Assembly (NCBI GenBank): GCA_965223725.1
Contig: CBDCXE010000006.1
Location: forward strand, 34,357-98,356
Direction of reading: 5' to 3'
Length of the DNA: 64,000 nucleotides
DNA from: Nitrospinota bacterium
GTDB lineage: Bacteria; Nitrospinota_A; UBA7883
The translations under genes and the position numbers were made by a program. How positions within the stretch are numbered: position 1 is the stretch's first letter; every line of letters begins with the position of its first letter. Under the pieces are notes generated by a model. That model saw only the letters and a program-made list of their open reading frames with translations, was not told the DNA's origin and ran no database searches. Below are positions 10,291-20,153 of this stretch, piece by piece.

Positions 10291-10674
10291 ATGTTACAAA
10301 GGTTCACAATTGCTATTATTCTGGGCGTCTCTTTATCCGGCTGTGTGGCTCTGACAGCGGGCGGTGTGGGCGCAGCCGCGGGCGCGTATGTGTGGGTCAA
10401 TGGCAATCTGCATCGCCACTATACAGCGCCATTCGAATCGACCTGGGACAGCGCCCTCACCGCCCTGGACAGGATGGGTTATGAGGTGGTGGATAAAAGC
10501 CACGATGAGTATGAGGGTGAAATAACCGCCCAAATAACGAAAAATGAAGGGGTGCAGGTCACTCTCGAGCGATGGACCAATGCAGAAACCAGGGTGACCG
10601 TCCGGGTGGGCGCGCTGGGCGACAAGGATATATCCACCGCCATCCATGATGAAATCAACAAAGCCCTCTATTAA
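10291..10674 (+). CDS. Lipoprotein, DUF3568-like
   Basis: Lipobox LSGC followed by a Gly/Ala-rich segment and GAYVW..G; TVRVG..GD..S C-terminus; ATG 10291 after GGAG. Confidence 0.75.
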   Translation: MLQRFTIAIILGVSLSGCVALTAGGVGAAAGAYVWVNGNLHRHYTAPFESTWDSALTALDRMGYEVVDKSHDEYEGEITAQITKNEGVQVTLERWTNAETRVTVRVGALGDKDISTAIHDEINKALY

Positions 10675-10677
10675 GGA

Positions 10678-11577
10678 GTGATGGCCGTGACCACAGGGAT
10701 AGGTATTTCCACCAGCTATCGGTCTGGCGTCATCACCGACGGGGCGAACCTTGCCAAGGCGCTGGCGCAGCTGGGTGTGGGCGCTATTGAGCTTGATAAT
10801 TCCCTCGCGCCAGATACACGGGAAAAGCTTATTGCGTCTATTAGTGACCATGGCCTGAGCCTTGTATCTGTTTGCGCTATGGGGGGTGATGATCTCTGCT
10901 CGACGGACCATCAATTGCGCCAGGGAGCCGTTGATAATGTGAAACAAACCATTTCGCTGGCTTCAGACATCAGGGCGAAGGCTGTTGTTCTCCATTGCGG
11001 CGCTGTGCCTATGGATAAAACAATTTCAGAATTTCAGCGGATGTATGACACAGGGACTTTGGGAACTGTTGATGGACAGCGATATGTCAATGATATGAAA
11101 ATAATGCGCCTTGGTTATCGTGGCCTTACATTCGAGCAATTGCTCCGAAGCCTGGAAGAGATAAATAAAGAGGCGGAACGGCAGGGTGTTTATATTGGCC
11201 TGGAAAACCGGTATTACCTGCGCGACTATCCAGATTTTGAGGAGATGGCCATCATATTTTGCCGGATGGATGGTTCGAAAATAATGTATTGGCACGACAC
11301 CGGATATGCGCAGGTTCAGGATAATCTGGGGATCATGCCGCATGAAGCCTGGCTGAAAGAATTTTCCGAGCGAATGATCGGTGTCCATATCCACGACGCT
11401 GTTGGATATAACGATCGTATGGCGCCCCCGGCGAAAGGGAAAGACAGTGTCGATTTCGGTATGCTTAAAAAATACATTGGTAACGATATGGTCAAAATTC
11501 TTAAACTGAATGATGGTGTCACCGACCAGCAAGCCGAAGCAAGTATCGGCTGGTTGATCGCCCAGGGCCTCGGTTGA
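10678..11577 (+). CDS. Xylose-isomerase-like TIM barrel (sugar phosphate isomerase/epimerase family)
   Basis: VVLHCG, GLENR, WHDTG, HIHD; some metal ligands appear substituted. Confidence 0.75.
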   Translation: MMAVTTGIGISTSYRSGVITDGANLAKALAQLGVGAIELDNSLAPDTREKLIASISDHGLSLVSVCAMGGDDLCSTDHQLRQGAVDNVKQTISLASDIRAKAVVLHCGAVPMDKTISEFQRMYDTGTLGTVDGQRYVNDMKIMRLGYRGLTFEQLLRSLEEINKEAERQGVYIGLENRYYLRDYPDFEEMAIIFCRMDGSKIMYWHDTGYAQVQDNLGIMPHEAWLKEFSERMIGVHIHDAVGYNDRMAPPAKGKDSVDFGMLKKYIGNDMVKILKLNDGVTDQQAEASIGWLIAQGLG

Positions 11578-11586
11578 ACTATCCCC

Positions 11587-12741
11587 ATGAGCCATATAGG
11601 CTTTGACCTTCGCGCACTGCAGCATGGCTATAAGGCCCACAAGGCAAGGGGCATTGGTGTATACGCCCGGAATATGATTGAAAGGAGCGGGCTGGCCCCC
11701 AGTGGCTTGGAAATAATTCCATTTCACGACCCGCAATATGAATCGGAGGAGCCTGATTCACATGGTTCGTCTCCCTATGAATACTCCGCTGATAATCTTG
11801 CTCGTAAAATAAGTGGCGAGTATTTCTGGCTGCATCTCTGTTTTGCGAAGGTTATAAAGTCTTCCGCTGGCAAGGCAGGCGTTGGCGCTTTTTTCTTTCC
11901 CACCCACTTGGATGTCCCGATAAACCTTGGTGTGCCGTATGCCGTTACGGCCCACGACATGATAAACACAGTCTTTTGTGAGCCGGGCAAACAGTCGATA
12001 TCCAGAAAGATGGATAACGCGCGGCAGGTACATGTGCTTAAAAACGCTCATCTGATCCTGGCTGGTTCTGTTTGCGCCAAGGATGATATCATTCGATGCG
12101 CCAATGTTGACCCGGAAAAAATTGTAGTGACTTATTACGGAGTCGACCCCAGGTTCAAGCCGGGCGTGCAAAGCTCCAGCGGCCGGTTTGAATTACCAGA
12201 CAAGTATATCTTGCATGTGGGTGGTATCGATTGGCGCAAAAACAGCGGTCTGTTGTTGGACGCTTTTGCCAGGCTGAACAAGGCTCGGCCGGAATACCAG
12301 CTGGTAATGGCTGGGGATATAAAAAATGACAGCCGATATGATGATTTCAAAAATGACCTTGCAAAACGCTCGCTGGAACCTGTCGTTCACACGCCTGGGT
12401 ATGTGACCACTGAAGAGCTGATATTAATATACAACAAGGCGGCGCTTCTATTATACCCGAGCCTGTATGAAGGATTCGGGCTGCCCGTGCTGGAGGCTAT
12501 GTCTTGCGGAACTCCTGTTATTACAACGAACCGCTCTTCCATTCCAGAGGTGGCGGGCGATGCGGCAATACTGCTCGACCCGGATAAGCCGGAATCATTC
12601 GCAGAGGCATTGATCAGATTGACCGGATCGGAAAATGAAAGAAAGCGTTTGTCTGAGGCAGGTTTAAGGCAGGCGGATAAATTTTCGTGGGATCGGTGCG
12701 CCAAAGAAACATATGAGGCCTTGTGGGCAAGCTTTCAATGA
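11587..12741 (+). CDS. Glycosyltransferase family 4
   Basis: RGIGVY, RKN, YPSLYEGFGLPVLEAMSCG, FSWDRCA. Confidence 0.9.
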   Translation: MSHIGFDLRALQHGYKAHKARGIGVYARNMIERSGLAPSGLEIIPFHDPQYESEEPDSHGSSPYEYSADNLARKISGEYFWLHLCFAKVIKSSAGKAGVGAFFFPTHLDVPINLGVPYAVTAHDMINTVFCEPGKQSISRKMDNARQVHVLKNAHLILAGSVCAKDDIIRCANVDPEKIVVTYYGVDPRFKPGVQSSSGRFELPDKYILHVGGIDWRKNSGLLLDAFARLNKARPEYQLVMAGDIKNDSRYDDFKNDLAKRSLEPVVHTPGYVTTEELILIYNKAALLLYPSLYEGFGLPVLEAMSCGTPVITTNRSSIPEVAGDAAILLDPDKPESFAEALIRLTGSENERKRLSEAGLRQADKFSWDRCAKETYEALWASFQ

Positions 12742-12852
12742 TAGCGCGCGCCTGTTAAGCTGGTCTGGCCCGGCGCTATTGATATTGTTCAGCTAGCGGT
12801 TCGCTGAATATTTGGACCAATTGCGTATAACTGCATGGTATTATTCTAACGC

Positions 12853-14016
12853 ATGCGAGTGATAGACAAATATATAATCAAAGAACAGTCGAAGATTTTT
12901 TTCCTGGCAATATTTATACTCTTCTCTGTTCTGATGCTGGAGAAAGTAAATTTTCTGTCTGACCTTCTGCTGACACAACGGGCGCCGGTCAGCATGATCG
13001 CCCGATTACTGGTCTATATTAGCCCCACCTTTTTGACGCTTGCCATTCCATTGGCGGTTTTGATGTCAACGTTGATGAGTTTTTCACGGTTGTCGGCGGA
13101 AAATGAGATTACAGCCATGCGCGCGGGGGGTATTTCGCTCTATCGTCTGCTGGCGCCTGCGCTGGCCATGTCGGTGGTGGCCGCTGGCATTACCTTGTAC
13201 CTCACGGTCAGCCTGACACATCAGGGTAACCTCGCGTTCCGGCAGACTGTTATCGAAATTTTGCAATCGAACTTTAACCTGGATATCAAGGAGCGCAAGT
13301 TCTATTCCGATTTCCCCGGGTTCATTATTCATGTAAATGAAAATAATGACGGCATACTCACTGGTGTATTTATCTCCGACCAGCGCAAGCAGGCAAAATC
13401 AAAAATTATCGAAGCGCGCTCCGGCAAATTGACCCCGCAGGCGGATAGCGAATATATGACTATGAAGCTGTTTGATGGCGTCATCCATACCATCACAGAG
13501 GGGGGGGCATACAGGACTATATCGTATAATGAATACCTGCTTGTTCTCGACCTTTCAAAAAAGCTCGCCCAACCTTTGGAAAAGGAGATTCCGCATCTGT
13601 CGGTGCCAGAGCTGAGGGGCAAGATCGCGTCTCTGGAATCCAAGGGTATGACAGCATATGCGGAAACCGTGGCGATTTATAAAAAATATTCTATACCGTT
13701 CGGGTGCCTTGTTCTAGGTCTATTAGGCGCTCCTGTGGGCGTGATGACACACCGTCGTGGGAAAGCCGGAGGGTTCGGGGCCGGGGTGTTATTGATTGTG
13801 CTTAACTATTTATTCCTAATGGTTGGTGAAGGGCTAGGTTCCGGTGGAAAGATACATCCAGTGATCGCAATGTGGGGGCCGAACTTGGTGATGGGCGCGA
13901 TCGCTTTCTATATTATCAACCGCGTGTCGAAAGATACAATGCCTTCGAAGTTAGGGCTGCTGATATCTGATGCCTGGAAATCCATAAGGTCCTTATGGTC
14001 GAGGAAACAACATTGA
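12853..14016 (+). CDS. lptF: LPS export ABC transporter permease LptF/LptG family
   Basis: MRVIDKYI, RLSAENEITAMRAGGIS, 3+3 TM layout, WGPN; no partner lptG adjacent. Confidence 0.85.
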   Translation: MRVIDKYIIKEQSKIFFLAIFILFSVLMLEKVNFLSDLLLTQRAPVSMIARLLVYISPTFLTLAIPLAVLMSTLMSFSRLSAENEITAMRAGGISLYRLLAPALAMSVVAAGITLYLTVSLTHQGNLAFRQTVIEILQSNFNLDIKERKFYSDFPGFIIHVNENNDGILTGVFISDQRKQAKSKIIEARSGKLTPQADSEYMTMKLFDGVIHTITEGGAYRTISYNEYLLVLDLSKKLAQPLEKEIPHLSVPELRGKIASLESKGMTAYAETVAIYKKYSIPFGCLVLGLLGAPVGVMTHRRGKAGGFGAGVLLIVLNYLFLMVGEGLGSGGKIHPVIAMWGPNLVMGAIAFYIINRVSKDTMPSKLGLLISDAWKSIRSLWSRKQH

Positions 14017-14591
14017 TCGACGCGTTATTCAAGCTGGATGAGATGGTTTTCCTATGGGTAAACAACAGGTGGTCTTCGTCATTTATGGATGCCCTGATGA
14101 CAATCGTGACGGTGGCGGGCGACTGGCCTGTTTGGCTGGTTGTGGGGTTGATAGCGATCTGGTTTGCAAAACTGGAAAATCAGCGCAGAGCCGCGCTGGT
14201 GTTTATACTCACCATGCTGGTTGCGGGCAGCGCGCTGCACGCCATCAAGCAGGTCGCCCCGAGGGATCGGCCGCTCAAGCATTTTCAGGAGCGGATCGAA
14301 ACCGGCGAGGTGACGGTGAACACGCCACATAACAAACTGTATCACCGCTCTTTTCCATCGGGGCATTCGCAGGCGGCGTTCACCGCGGCCATGTTTTTCG
14401 CTCTCTATTTCAAAAGGTACTGGGTGTTGGTTTTAATCGCGGCGGGGGTTGTGGCGATATCCAGGGTGTATCTGGGTGTTCATTTCCCCACGGACATCGT
14501 GGTCGGGTCGGCCCTCGGCATGGTTGTGGCGTGGGTTGTGTACAGGCTGGACAAGCTCTCCCCGGCTAACGTCGGCTCTGCGGAATCATAG
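13995..14591 (+). CDS. PAP2-family membrane phosphatase
   Basis: Kx6RP, SFPSGH, SRVYLGVHFPTD; alternative start TTG 14013. Confidence 0.9.
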   Translation: MVEETTLIDALFKLDEMVFLWVNNRWSSSFMDALMTIVTVAGDWPVWLVVGLIAIWFAKLENQRRAALVFILTMLVAGSALHAIKQVAPRDRPLKHFQERIETGEVTVNTPHNKLYHRSFPSGHSQAAFTAAMFFALYFKRYWVLVLIAAGVVAISRVYLGVHFPTDIVVGSALGMVVAWVVYRLDKLSPANVGSAES

Positions 14592-15158
14592 TCCAACCTC
14601 GTTGTATCGATAGCAGGAGACCAGATGGTCGTTGACCATGCCTATGGATTGCATATACGCATAACAGATGGTCGACCCGATAAAATTGAACCCACGCGCC
14701 TTCAGGTCCTTGCTCATCGCGTCTGACACCGGGGTCGACGCGGGGATCTGTTTCATCGTCCTCCATGCGTTTTTTATGGGGACGCCATCCACAAACTTCC
14801 AGATATAATCGGCGAAGCTGCCCTCCTCCTCCACAACTTCAATATACGCTTTCGCGTTACGCACCGCCGACCCGACTTTCAGTTTGTTGCGGATGATGCC
14901 GGGGTTTTGCAGCAGCTTCTCGATTTTTCGTTTGTCATAGCGGGCGACTTTTCTGTAATCAAAATTGTCAAACACCGCTTTATAGTTTTCCCGTTTTTTC
15001 AGCACCGTCAGCCAGCTCAGCCCGGCCTGGGCGCCCTCCAGGATCAGCAGCTCGAACAGTAACCGGTCGTCGAACACCGGCTCGCCCCACTCTTTGTCAT
15101 GATACTCGATATAGAGTTCGTCGCCTTCGCACCAGCCGCATCTTTTGACAGGCATCAC
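14586..15158 (-). CDS. tag: DNA-3-methyladenine glycosylase I
   Basis: [35 protein letters not shown]. Confidence 0.95.
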   Translation of the reverse strand: MMPVKRCGWCEGDELYIEYHDKEWGEPVFDDRLLFELLILEGAQAGLSWLTVLKKRENYKAVFDNFDYRKVARYDKRKIEKLLQNPGIIRNKLKVGSAVRNAKAYIEVVEEEGSFADYIWKFVDGVPIKNAWRTMKQIPASTPVSDAMSKDLKARGFNFIGSTICYAYMQSIGMVNDHLVSCYRYNEVGL

Positions 15159-16222
15159 TTCTCCACGACTTCGCCCGCGTCGCCCGCATCGACCGCTTCC
15201 GCTACGCTCTTTTCAACCTGCGCCAGCCCTATCTTCTCGCGCAGTTTATTCTCCAGCTCATGGGAAGTTTCCGGATAATCGATGAGGTACTTTTTGGCGT
15301 TTTCTCTGCCCTGCCCTATACGCTCTTCACCATAGGAGAACCAGGCGCCAGATTTTTTCACATAGCCGTGCAGCACACCCAGATCAATAAGGTCGCCCTC
15401 CTTTGATATACCTTCGCCATACACAATATCGACTTCCGCTTCGCGAAAGGGCGGCGACATTTTGTTTTTCACCACCTTCACCCTGGTCTTGGCGCCCACA
15501 GTGTCGCCCTGGTCCTTGATGGCGGCGATCCGTCGGATATCGATGCGGATAGTCGAGTAAAATTTCAGCGCGTTGCCACCGGTGGTGGTCTCCGGGCTGC
15601 CGAACGAGATGCCGATCTTCTGCCGGACCTGGTTGATAAACACCAGGCAGGTGTTAGATTTTGCTATCACCGCAGTCAGCTTCCGCAGCGCCTGGCTCAT
15701 AAGGCGCGCCTGCATACCCATCTGCGGGTCGCCCATATCTCCGTCCAGCTCCGATTTCGGCACCAGCGCGGCCACAGAGTCGATGACGATGATATCCACA
15801 GCGCCGGAACGAATCAGCACTTCGGCGATTTCCAGCGCCTGCTCGCCGGTGTCTGGCTGTGATATGACCAGGTTGTCTATATCCACGCCCAGGTTGCGGG
15901 CGTATATCGGGTCGAGCGCATGCTCCGCGTCGATGAATGCGGCGTTGCCCCCCGATTTTTGGGCTTCGGCGATCAGATGCAATGACAGTGTGGTTTTACC
16001 AGATGATTCCGGCCCGTAAATCTCCACCACCCTGCCCCGGGGCACGCCGCCAATGCCGAGCGCCGCGTCGATGGAGATGGAGCCAGAGGGGATTACGCTT
16101 ATCGTTTCGGTGGATGACGGGTCATCCCCCATGCGCATGATGGCGCCTTTGCCAAACTGTCTTTCGATCTGGGAAAACGCCTGCTCCAGACTGCGATTTT
16201 TGTCATTTTCTTCCCGAGCCAT
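15155..16222 (-). CDS. recA: Recombinase RecA
   Basis: [32 protein letters not shown]. Confidence 0.99.
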   Translation of the reverse strand: MAREENDKNRSLEQAFSQIERQFGKGAIMRMGDDPSSTETISVIPSGSISIDAALGIGGVPRGRVVEIYGPESSGKTTLSLHLIAEAQKSGGNAAFIDAEHALDPIYARNLGVDIDNLVISQPDTGEQALEIAEVLIRSGAVDIIVIDSVAALVPKSELDGDMGDPQMGMQARLMSQALRKLTAVIAKSNTCLVFINQVRQKIGISFGSPETTTGGNALKFYSTIRIDIRRIAAIKDQGDTVGAKTRVKVVKNKMSPPFREAEVDIVYGEGISKEGDLIDLGVLHGYVKKSGAWFSYGEERIGQGRENAKKYLIDYPETSHELENKLREKIGLAQVEKSVAEAVDAGDAGEVVEK

Positions 16223-16282
16223 CAGGCCACCTCACTATCAAATAAGTTACTAATCATAAATTTCATATACTCACTGAAGGCC

Positions 16283-16311
16283 ATTATATGTAGAAACAAT
16301 GTATATGTAAA
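16283..16311 (-). promoter_or_regulatory. Sigma70 promoter of recA
   Basis: TTTACA-17 nt-TATAAT. Confidence 0.65.
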
Positions 16312-16404
16312 CGAAAAAAAAGCAAAAATGTGTTTAAGGCCACTTTCCCCCGTTTAATCAACAAGATAGATTTTACCAGGCATCGAGTGATGCTGCATAT
16401 ACGC

Positions 16405-16433
16405 TTGCAATCTCTGCTGCATTTGGTGATAAT
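16405..16433 (+). promoter_or_regulatory. Sigma70-type promoter of the repeat-protein gene
   Basis: TTGCAA-17 nt-GATAAT, running directly into the tandem repeat. Confidence 0.45.
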
Positions 16434-16482
16434 ATCCACGATATATAATATTCACGATATATAATATTCACGATATATAATA
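16429..16482 (+). repeat. 16-bp tandem repeat (CACGATATATAATATT) of about 3 copies
   Basis: Units start at 16437, 16453 and 16469, with a partial copy before; each contains TATAAT. Confidence 0.92.
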
Positions 16483-16545
16483 ATATCTCTGATATTCATA
16501 TCCGTTTTATGGTTTAAACATATTAAAACCTTTAGGGAGGCCACA

Positions 16546-18105
16546 ATGTTTTCTATCAGACTCATACAGAAACTGTCATTGATCATTCTATCTATCTCAT
16601 TTTCATTTATGACAGCACACATGGCTATTGCGGCGAACAATGACTTTGGTTCAAACAGCACAACTACTGGAGCGAGCAATTACACCATCAGTGGTGGAGA
16701 TAGCAATACTGTTGGCAACGATTCTACAACCGTTGGCGGAGGCTATTATAACACCGCCAGCGGCTCTAAATCCACCGTTGGCGGAGGGAAGAATAACACC
16801 GCCAGTAACTTGTATGCCACCGTGGGCGGAGGCTGGTTAAACAAAGCCAGCAACTCGTATGCCACTGTCGGCGGAGGTAGCACTAATATTGCCAGCGGCG
16901 ACCGGTCCATCGTAGGCGGAGGATTTCAAAACAAGGCCATTGCCCAATTTTCTACTGCAAGCGGCGGGCAAAATAACACGGCAAGTGGCATTAACTCCAC
17001 CATGGGCGGGGGCGCAAGTAACACCGCCAATGGCCATCAATCCACAGTATGTGGAGGTTGGGCCAACATCGCCAGTGGCCTGTATTCGACAATAGTCGGA
17101 GGCGGAGCAAACAAGGCCAGTAATGAAAAATCTACAGTGAGTGGCGGTAACAACAACAATGCCAGTGGACGATTCGCATTTGTTGGCGGAGGCGATACTA
17201 ATACTTCTAGCAATGATAATACTACCGCAGGCGGAGGCGCGCTTAACATCGCCAGTGGCTATGTTTCAACAATTGCTGGAGGTTTGAGTAACGAGGCCAG
17301 CGGCGCAATATCTATTTTGGGTGGAGGACAAGAAAATATTGCTAGCGGCATCTACTCCACACTGAGCGGCGGCTTGCGTAACACCGCCAGCGGCTACGGC
17401 GGAACCATAGGTGGAGGCAGGGACAACACCGCCAGCGGACAATATTCCATTGTAGGTGGTGGACAGAACAACGGCGCCGGTAACAGTTACGCTTCGGTGG
17501 GCGGAGGCGCTTTCAACAAAGCTTACGGTCTGTTTGCCACCATCCCGGGTGGGCATGGCAACGCGGCCGCAGGCTATAGCTTTGCCGCGGGCAAAAGGGC
17601 CAGGGCCGTCCACACAGGAGCTTTCGTCTGGGGCGACAGCACCAACACCGATATTCAATCATCCAATCATAACCAGGTGACGTTCCGGGCCAGGGGCGGC
17701 TACCTTCTGTTTACCAACGCTGGAGCTACCCTAGGGGCGCGGCTGAACCCAAACGCCACTGCGTAGGTGGCTATGAGTGACCGTAATTCCAAGGAGAAGG
17801 TGGTGAAGGTGGACAGCCGGAAGGTGCTGGAGAAGCTGGCGCAGATGGAGATCGCCACCTGGCAGTACAAGGGTGTGGACGCGCCGGTGCGGCATATGGG
17901 TCCGATGGCGCAAGATTTTTACAAGGCGTACAGCCTGGGTCATGACGAAAAGGGGATATCCACCCTGGATGCCGACGGCGTTGCCCTGGCCGCCATCCAG
18001 GGGCTGTATGAAATCCTGAAAAAGAAAAACGCCACAATTGCGATGCATAAAGATAAAATCACTGAACTGGAAACGCGAATAACAAGATTGGAAAAAAATA
18101 ATTAA
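16546..18105 (+). pseudogene. Secreted fibre/adhesin-like protein: 20 x 15-aa (TVGGGxxNxASGxxS) repeats plus C-terminal peptidase S74 intramolecular chaperone; interrupted by in-frame TAG at 17764-17766
   Basis: Signal peptide; repeats counted by hand. ORFs 16546..17766 and 17767..18105 are contiguous and in frame: LNPNATA*VAMSDRNSKE...WQYK...HMGPMAQDF plus a coiled coil (S74 signature). The stop sits where Trp is usual before the SDR motif. Confidence 0.8.
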
Positions 18106-18341
18106 TGAAAATATCTATTACATATTGCCAGAGCTGAAACTACTATCCATACGCCGCCAGGCTGGCGGAAGAGATAATGGAAGTGTTCGGGGTGGAGGCG
18201 GAGCTTGACGGCGGCTTTGGTGGTGTCTACGATATCAGGCTGGATGATAAGCTGATTTTCTCCAAGCATGGGTCAGGGAACCGGTTCCCGCTGAAAGGTG
18301 AAATAATCGGGCTGATAAAAGCGGAAGTCAGCGCGGAATAG
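18105..18341 (+). CDS. Rdx-family (SelW/SelT/SelH-like) selenoprotein, 78 aa, Sec at TGA 18135-18137
   Basis: MKISITYCQSUNYYPYAARLAEEI...GFGGVYDIRLDDKLIFSKH...RFP: CxxU motif, G-x-(F/Y)-(E/D)-I, IFSK, RFP. ATG overlaps the upstream TAA (TAATG). Missing from the ORF track. Confidence 0.9.
18154..18168 (+). promoter_or_regulatory. Bacterial SECIS hairpin
   Basis: CCGCCA-GGC-TGGCGG stem-loop with a G-containing loop about 22 nt 3' of the in-frame UGA. Confidence 0.75.
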
Positions 18342-18350
18342 CGAATCGGT

Positions 18351-18860
18351 TTATCGATTTATCCTTGAGTTAATGGCCTGAGCCAGTCTTTCTGCTTTCT
18401 GTGAGCCTATCAGCAGCGGCTTGCCTTTATGGCAGTGGAGCTGGACGCCCTGGTCGCCATAGACGTTATAGGCGCCTCCCTTGCCCTGGAACCCGTACCG
18501 GATGCCCCACCCTCCATACTCCATGATGGGCCGATAGGTCCGCGCCTTACACGATTTTATGTCGCCATATCGTATCATCCGATGGGGGAAGGGGTAGAAC
18601 CGGATATAGAGCCCCTCCTCGCGAACTTCCGTGATCAGCTTCAACACAAAGAAAACGTAAATCAAGCCCAGGGAAAACAGGATCGTGGCGGAGCCGACGA
18701 TCAACAAGGCGGTGTCCGACATGGGGTTATCGCCCCACGGCTTACCATCTATCAGTTGCTGCACCATCCCATAACCAAACAGAGCAGCCACAGGAAGCAA
18801 GGTAACAGCCAGCAAAATCCAGAGCCAAGGCTGCCGAAACTGCTGTTCCTCGCGAAACAT
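18351..18860 (-). CDS. Membrane protein, DUF6141-like
   Basis: FREEQQFRQPWLW, two TMs, YRPIMEYGGWGIR, GAYNVYG, LIGSQK. Confidence 0.75.
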   Translation of the reverse strand: MFREEQQFRQPWLWILLAVTLLPVAALFGYGMVQQLIDGKPWGDNPMSDTALLIVGSATILFSLGLIYVFFVLKLITEVREEGLYIRFYPFPHRMIRYGDIKSCKARTYRPIMEYGGWGIRYGFQGKGGAYNVYGDQGVQLHCHKGKPLLIGSQKAERLAQAINSRINR

Positions 18861-18883
18861 GGTTTAATATCCGCAGTTGACTA

Positions 18884-19792
18884 TCAGCCCTGACCCAGAA
18901 TTTTGTGCAGATGGAAATGGTGCGGGCCCAGCTTGCCGCCATAGTTGCCGGCGGTGATCTTTTTAACGCCGTCGACGCCGCTAGCCGCTTCTATACCAAC
19001 TTTCATCGCGTTGTCGATAGATTCGCTGTCCACACCATCCACCACGATCTCCAGCACCGAGTTCATACCTTTCTCCAGCTTCGAATCGACCTGCCGGCAG
19101 ATGGTGGGGCAATACTCTGTGTTGGTGGATGCGGACAAGAACTTGTATTTCGACCCGACCTTGGAGCCGGAGCGCACAACACCACCAGGAAACGGCAAGA
19201 TAATGCCAGGCAGAGGATCCATCACCTCAACAGCCGCGCGAGCCGCATCGGAAGCGCTCTTTGCGGAGTCCGCCAGAATCAGGAAGTTACCACCACCAAT
19301 GCCGTCGGCCCTGCCAAAACCTTCCTCGATCACAAACTCGCCCTCCATCACAGGAATCCGCCAGTACCGACGCCCACCCGTGACCTTGGACGCCTGGAAC
19401 CCGTCGCCAAAATAGCGCAGCTTCGACCCGATCTCCATCATCGCGTCCGACTCCACCGCGTTATACACAGCGGTAGTAGGGCATGTCATAATCGCCTGCC
19501 CGACCCGGTTGGTCAGCTGCTCTTCCAATCCTTTTTTGCCCATGGCGAAAAACAGAAGGTTGGCGCCTTGCCTGCCATCGGGTGTGTCTGCAGTGTAGCT
19601 TTCGATCCCAGCCTCGACACCGCATCCGATAACCGATGTGGCGAAGCCGGTGGCTGTATTGCACGCAGCGTCGAGCCATTGTTTATCAGCCGCTGTTACC
19701 AACAGCCGGGTATAGACCATGGGAAACGCTTCGGCGAAGGTGTCTTCTATCTCTGCGTTGTTCAACTTGATAGTAGTAGCTGTATTCTCCAT
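18884..19792 (-). CDS. ftr: Formylmethanofuran:tetrahydromethanopterin N-formyltransferase
   Basis: IEDTFAEAF, TGFATSVIGC, TPDGR, RVGQ..MTCPT, PFPGGVVRSGSKVGS, AGNYGGKLG. Confidence 0.95.
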   Translation of the reverse strand: MENTATTIKLNNAEIEDTFAEAFPMVYTRLLVTAADKQWLDAACNTATGFATSVIGCGVEAGIESYTADTPDGRQGANLLFFAMGKKGLEEQLTNRVGQAIMTCPTTAVYNAVESDAMMEIGSKLRYFGDGFQASKVTGGRRYWRIPVMEGEFVIEEGFGRADGIGGGNFLILADSAKSASDAARAAVEVMDPLPGIILPFPGGVVRSGSKVGSKYKFLSASTNTEYCPTICRQVDSKLEKGMNSVLEIVVDGVDSESIDNAMKVGIEAASGVDGVKKITAGNYGGKLGPHHFHLHKILGQG

Positions 19793-20097
19793 TTCCTCTT
19801 ACGCATTAAAGTTATAATCAGGCTCTATATAATAACACCAAGGGCCTGAATTGCCCAAAATTTTGTCGATAATTTTGTATGCTATATTTAAAGGGTAAAA
19901 ACCTGATATTTACGCACTTCTATGGTGATAATCCTATCTGTAGTCGTTTGAATGGAGATACCGATCGTACCGGAATGAATTTTTCTTTACTATAGTATCT
20001 AATTGTGTTTATTTTATGATGTTCTGAAAATGTACGGCAAGTGTTGCGCATGCGGACAGAAAAACGGGGAAAACCGGCGGAACGGCCCATATGACCG

Positions 20098-20113
20098 AGG
20101 CATGACAATTGCT
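20098..20113 (+). promoter_or_regulatory. Sigma54 (-24/-12) promoter
   Basis: AGGCATGACAATTGCT = GG-N10-GC, about 40 nt before the porin gene. Confidence 0.65.
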
Positions 20114-20153
20114 ACATTTTATCCAAATGCATTACTTTATTCATAGTTGAGGG

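Noticed and set aside
16223-16330. LexA/SOS box at recA
   Set aside because: No palindrome matching a LexA motif I know could be identified with confidence
16429-16482. CRISPR array
   Set aside because: Head-to-tail 16-bp units with no spacers and no cas genes
17764-17766. Pyrrolysine decoding of the in-frame TAG, tempting given the corrinoid methyltransferases
   Set aside because: No pyl or mttB/mtmB genes in the window, the position corresponds to Trp, and TAG terminates many ordinary genes here (e.g. 3930, 8720, 21314)
16546-18105. Prophage remnant
   Set aside because: S74 is the only phage-like domain; the protein has a signal peptide and there is no integrase or structural gene nearby
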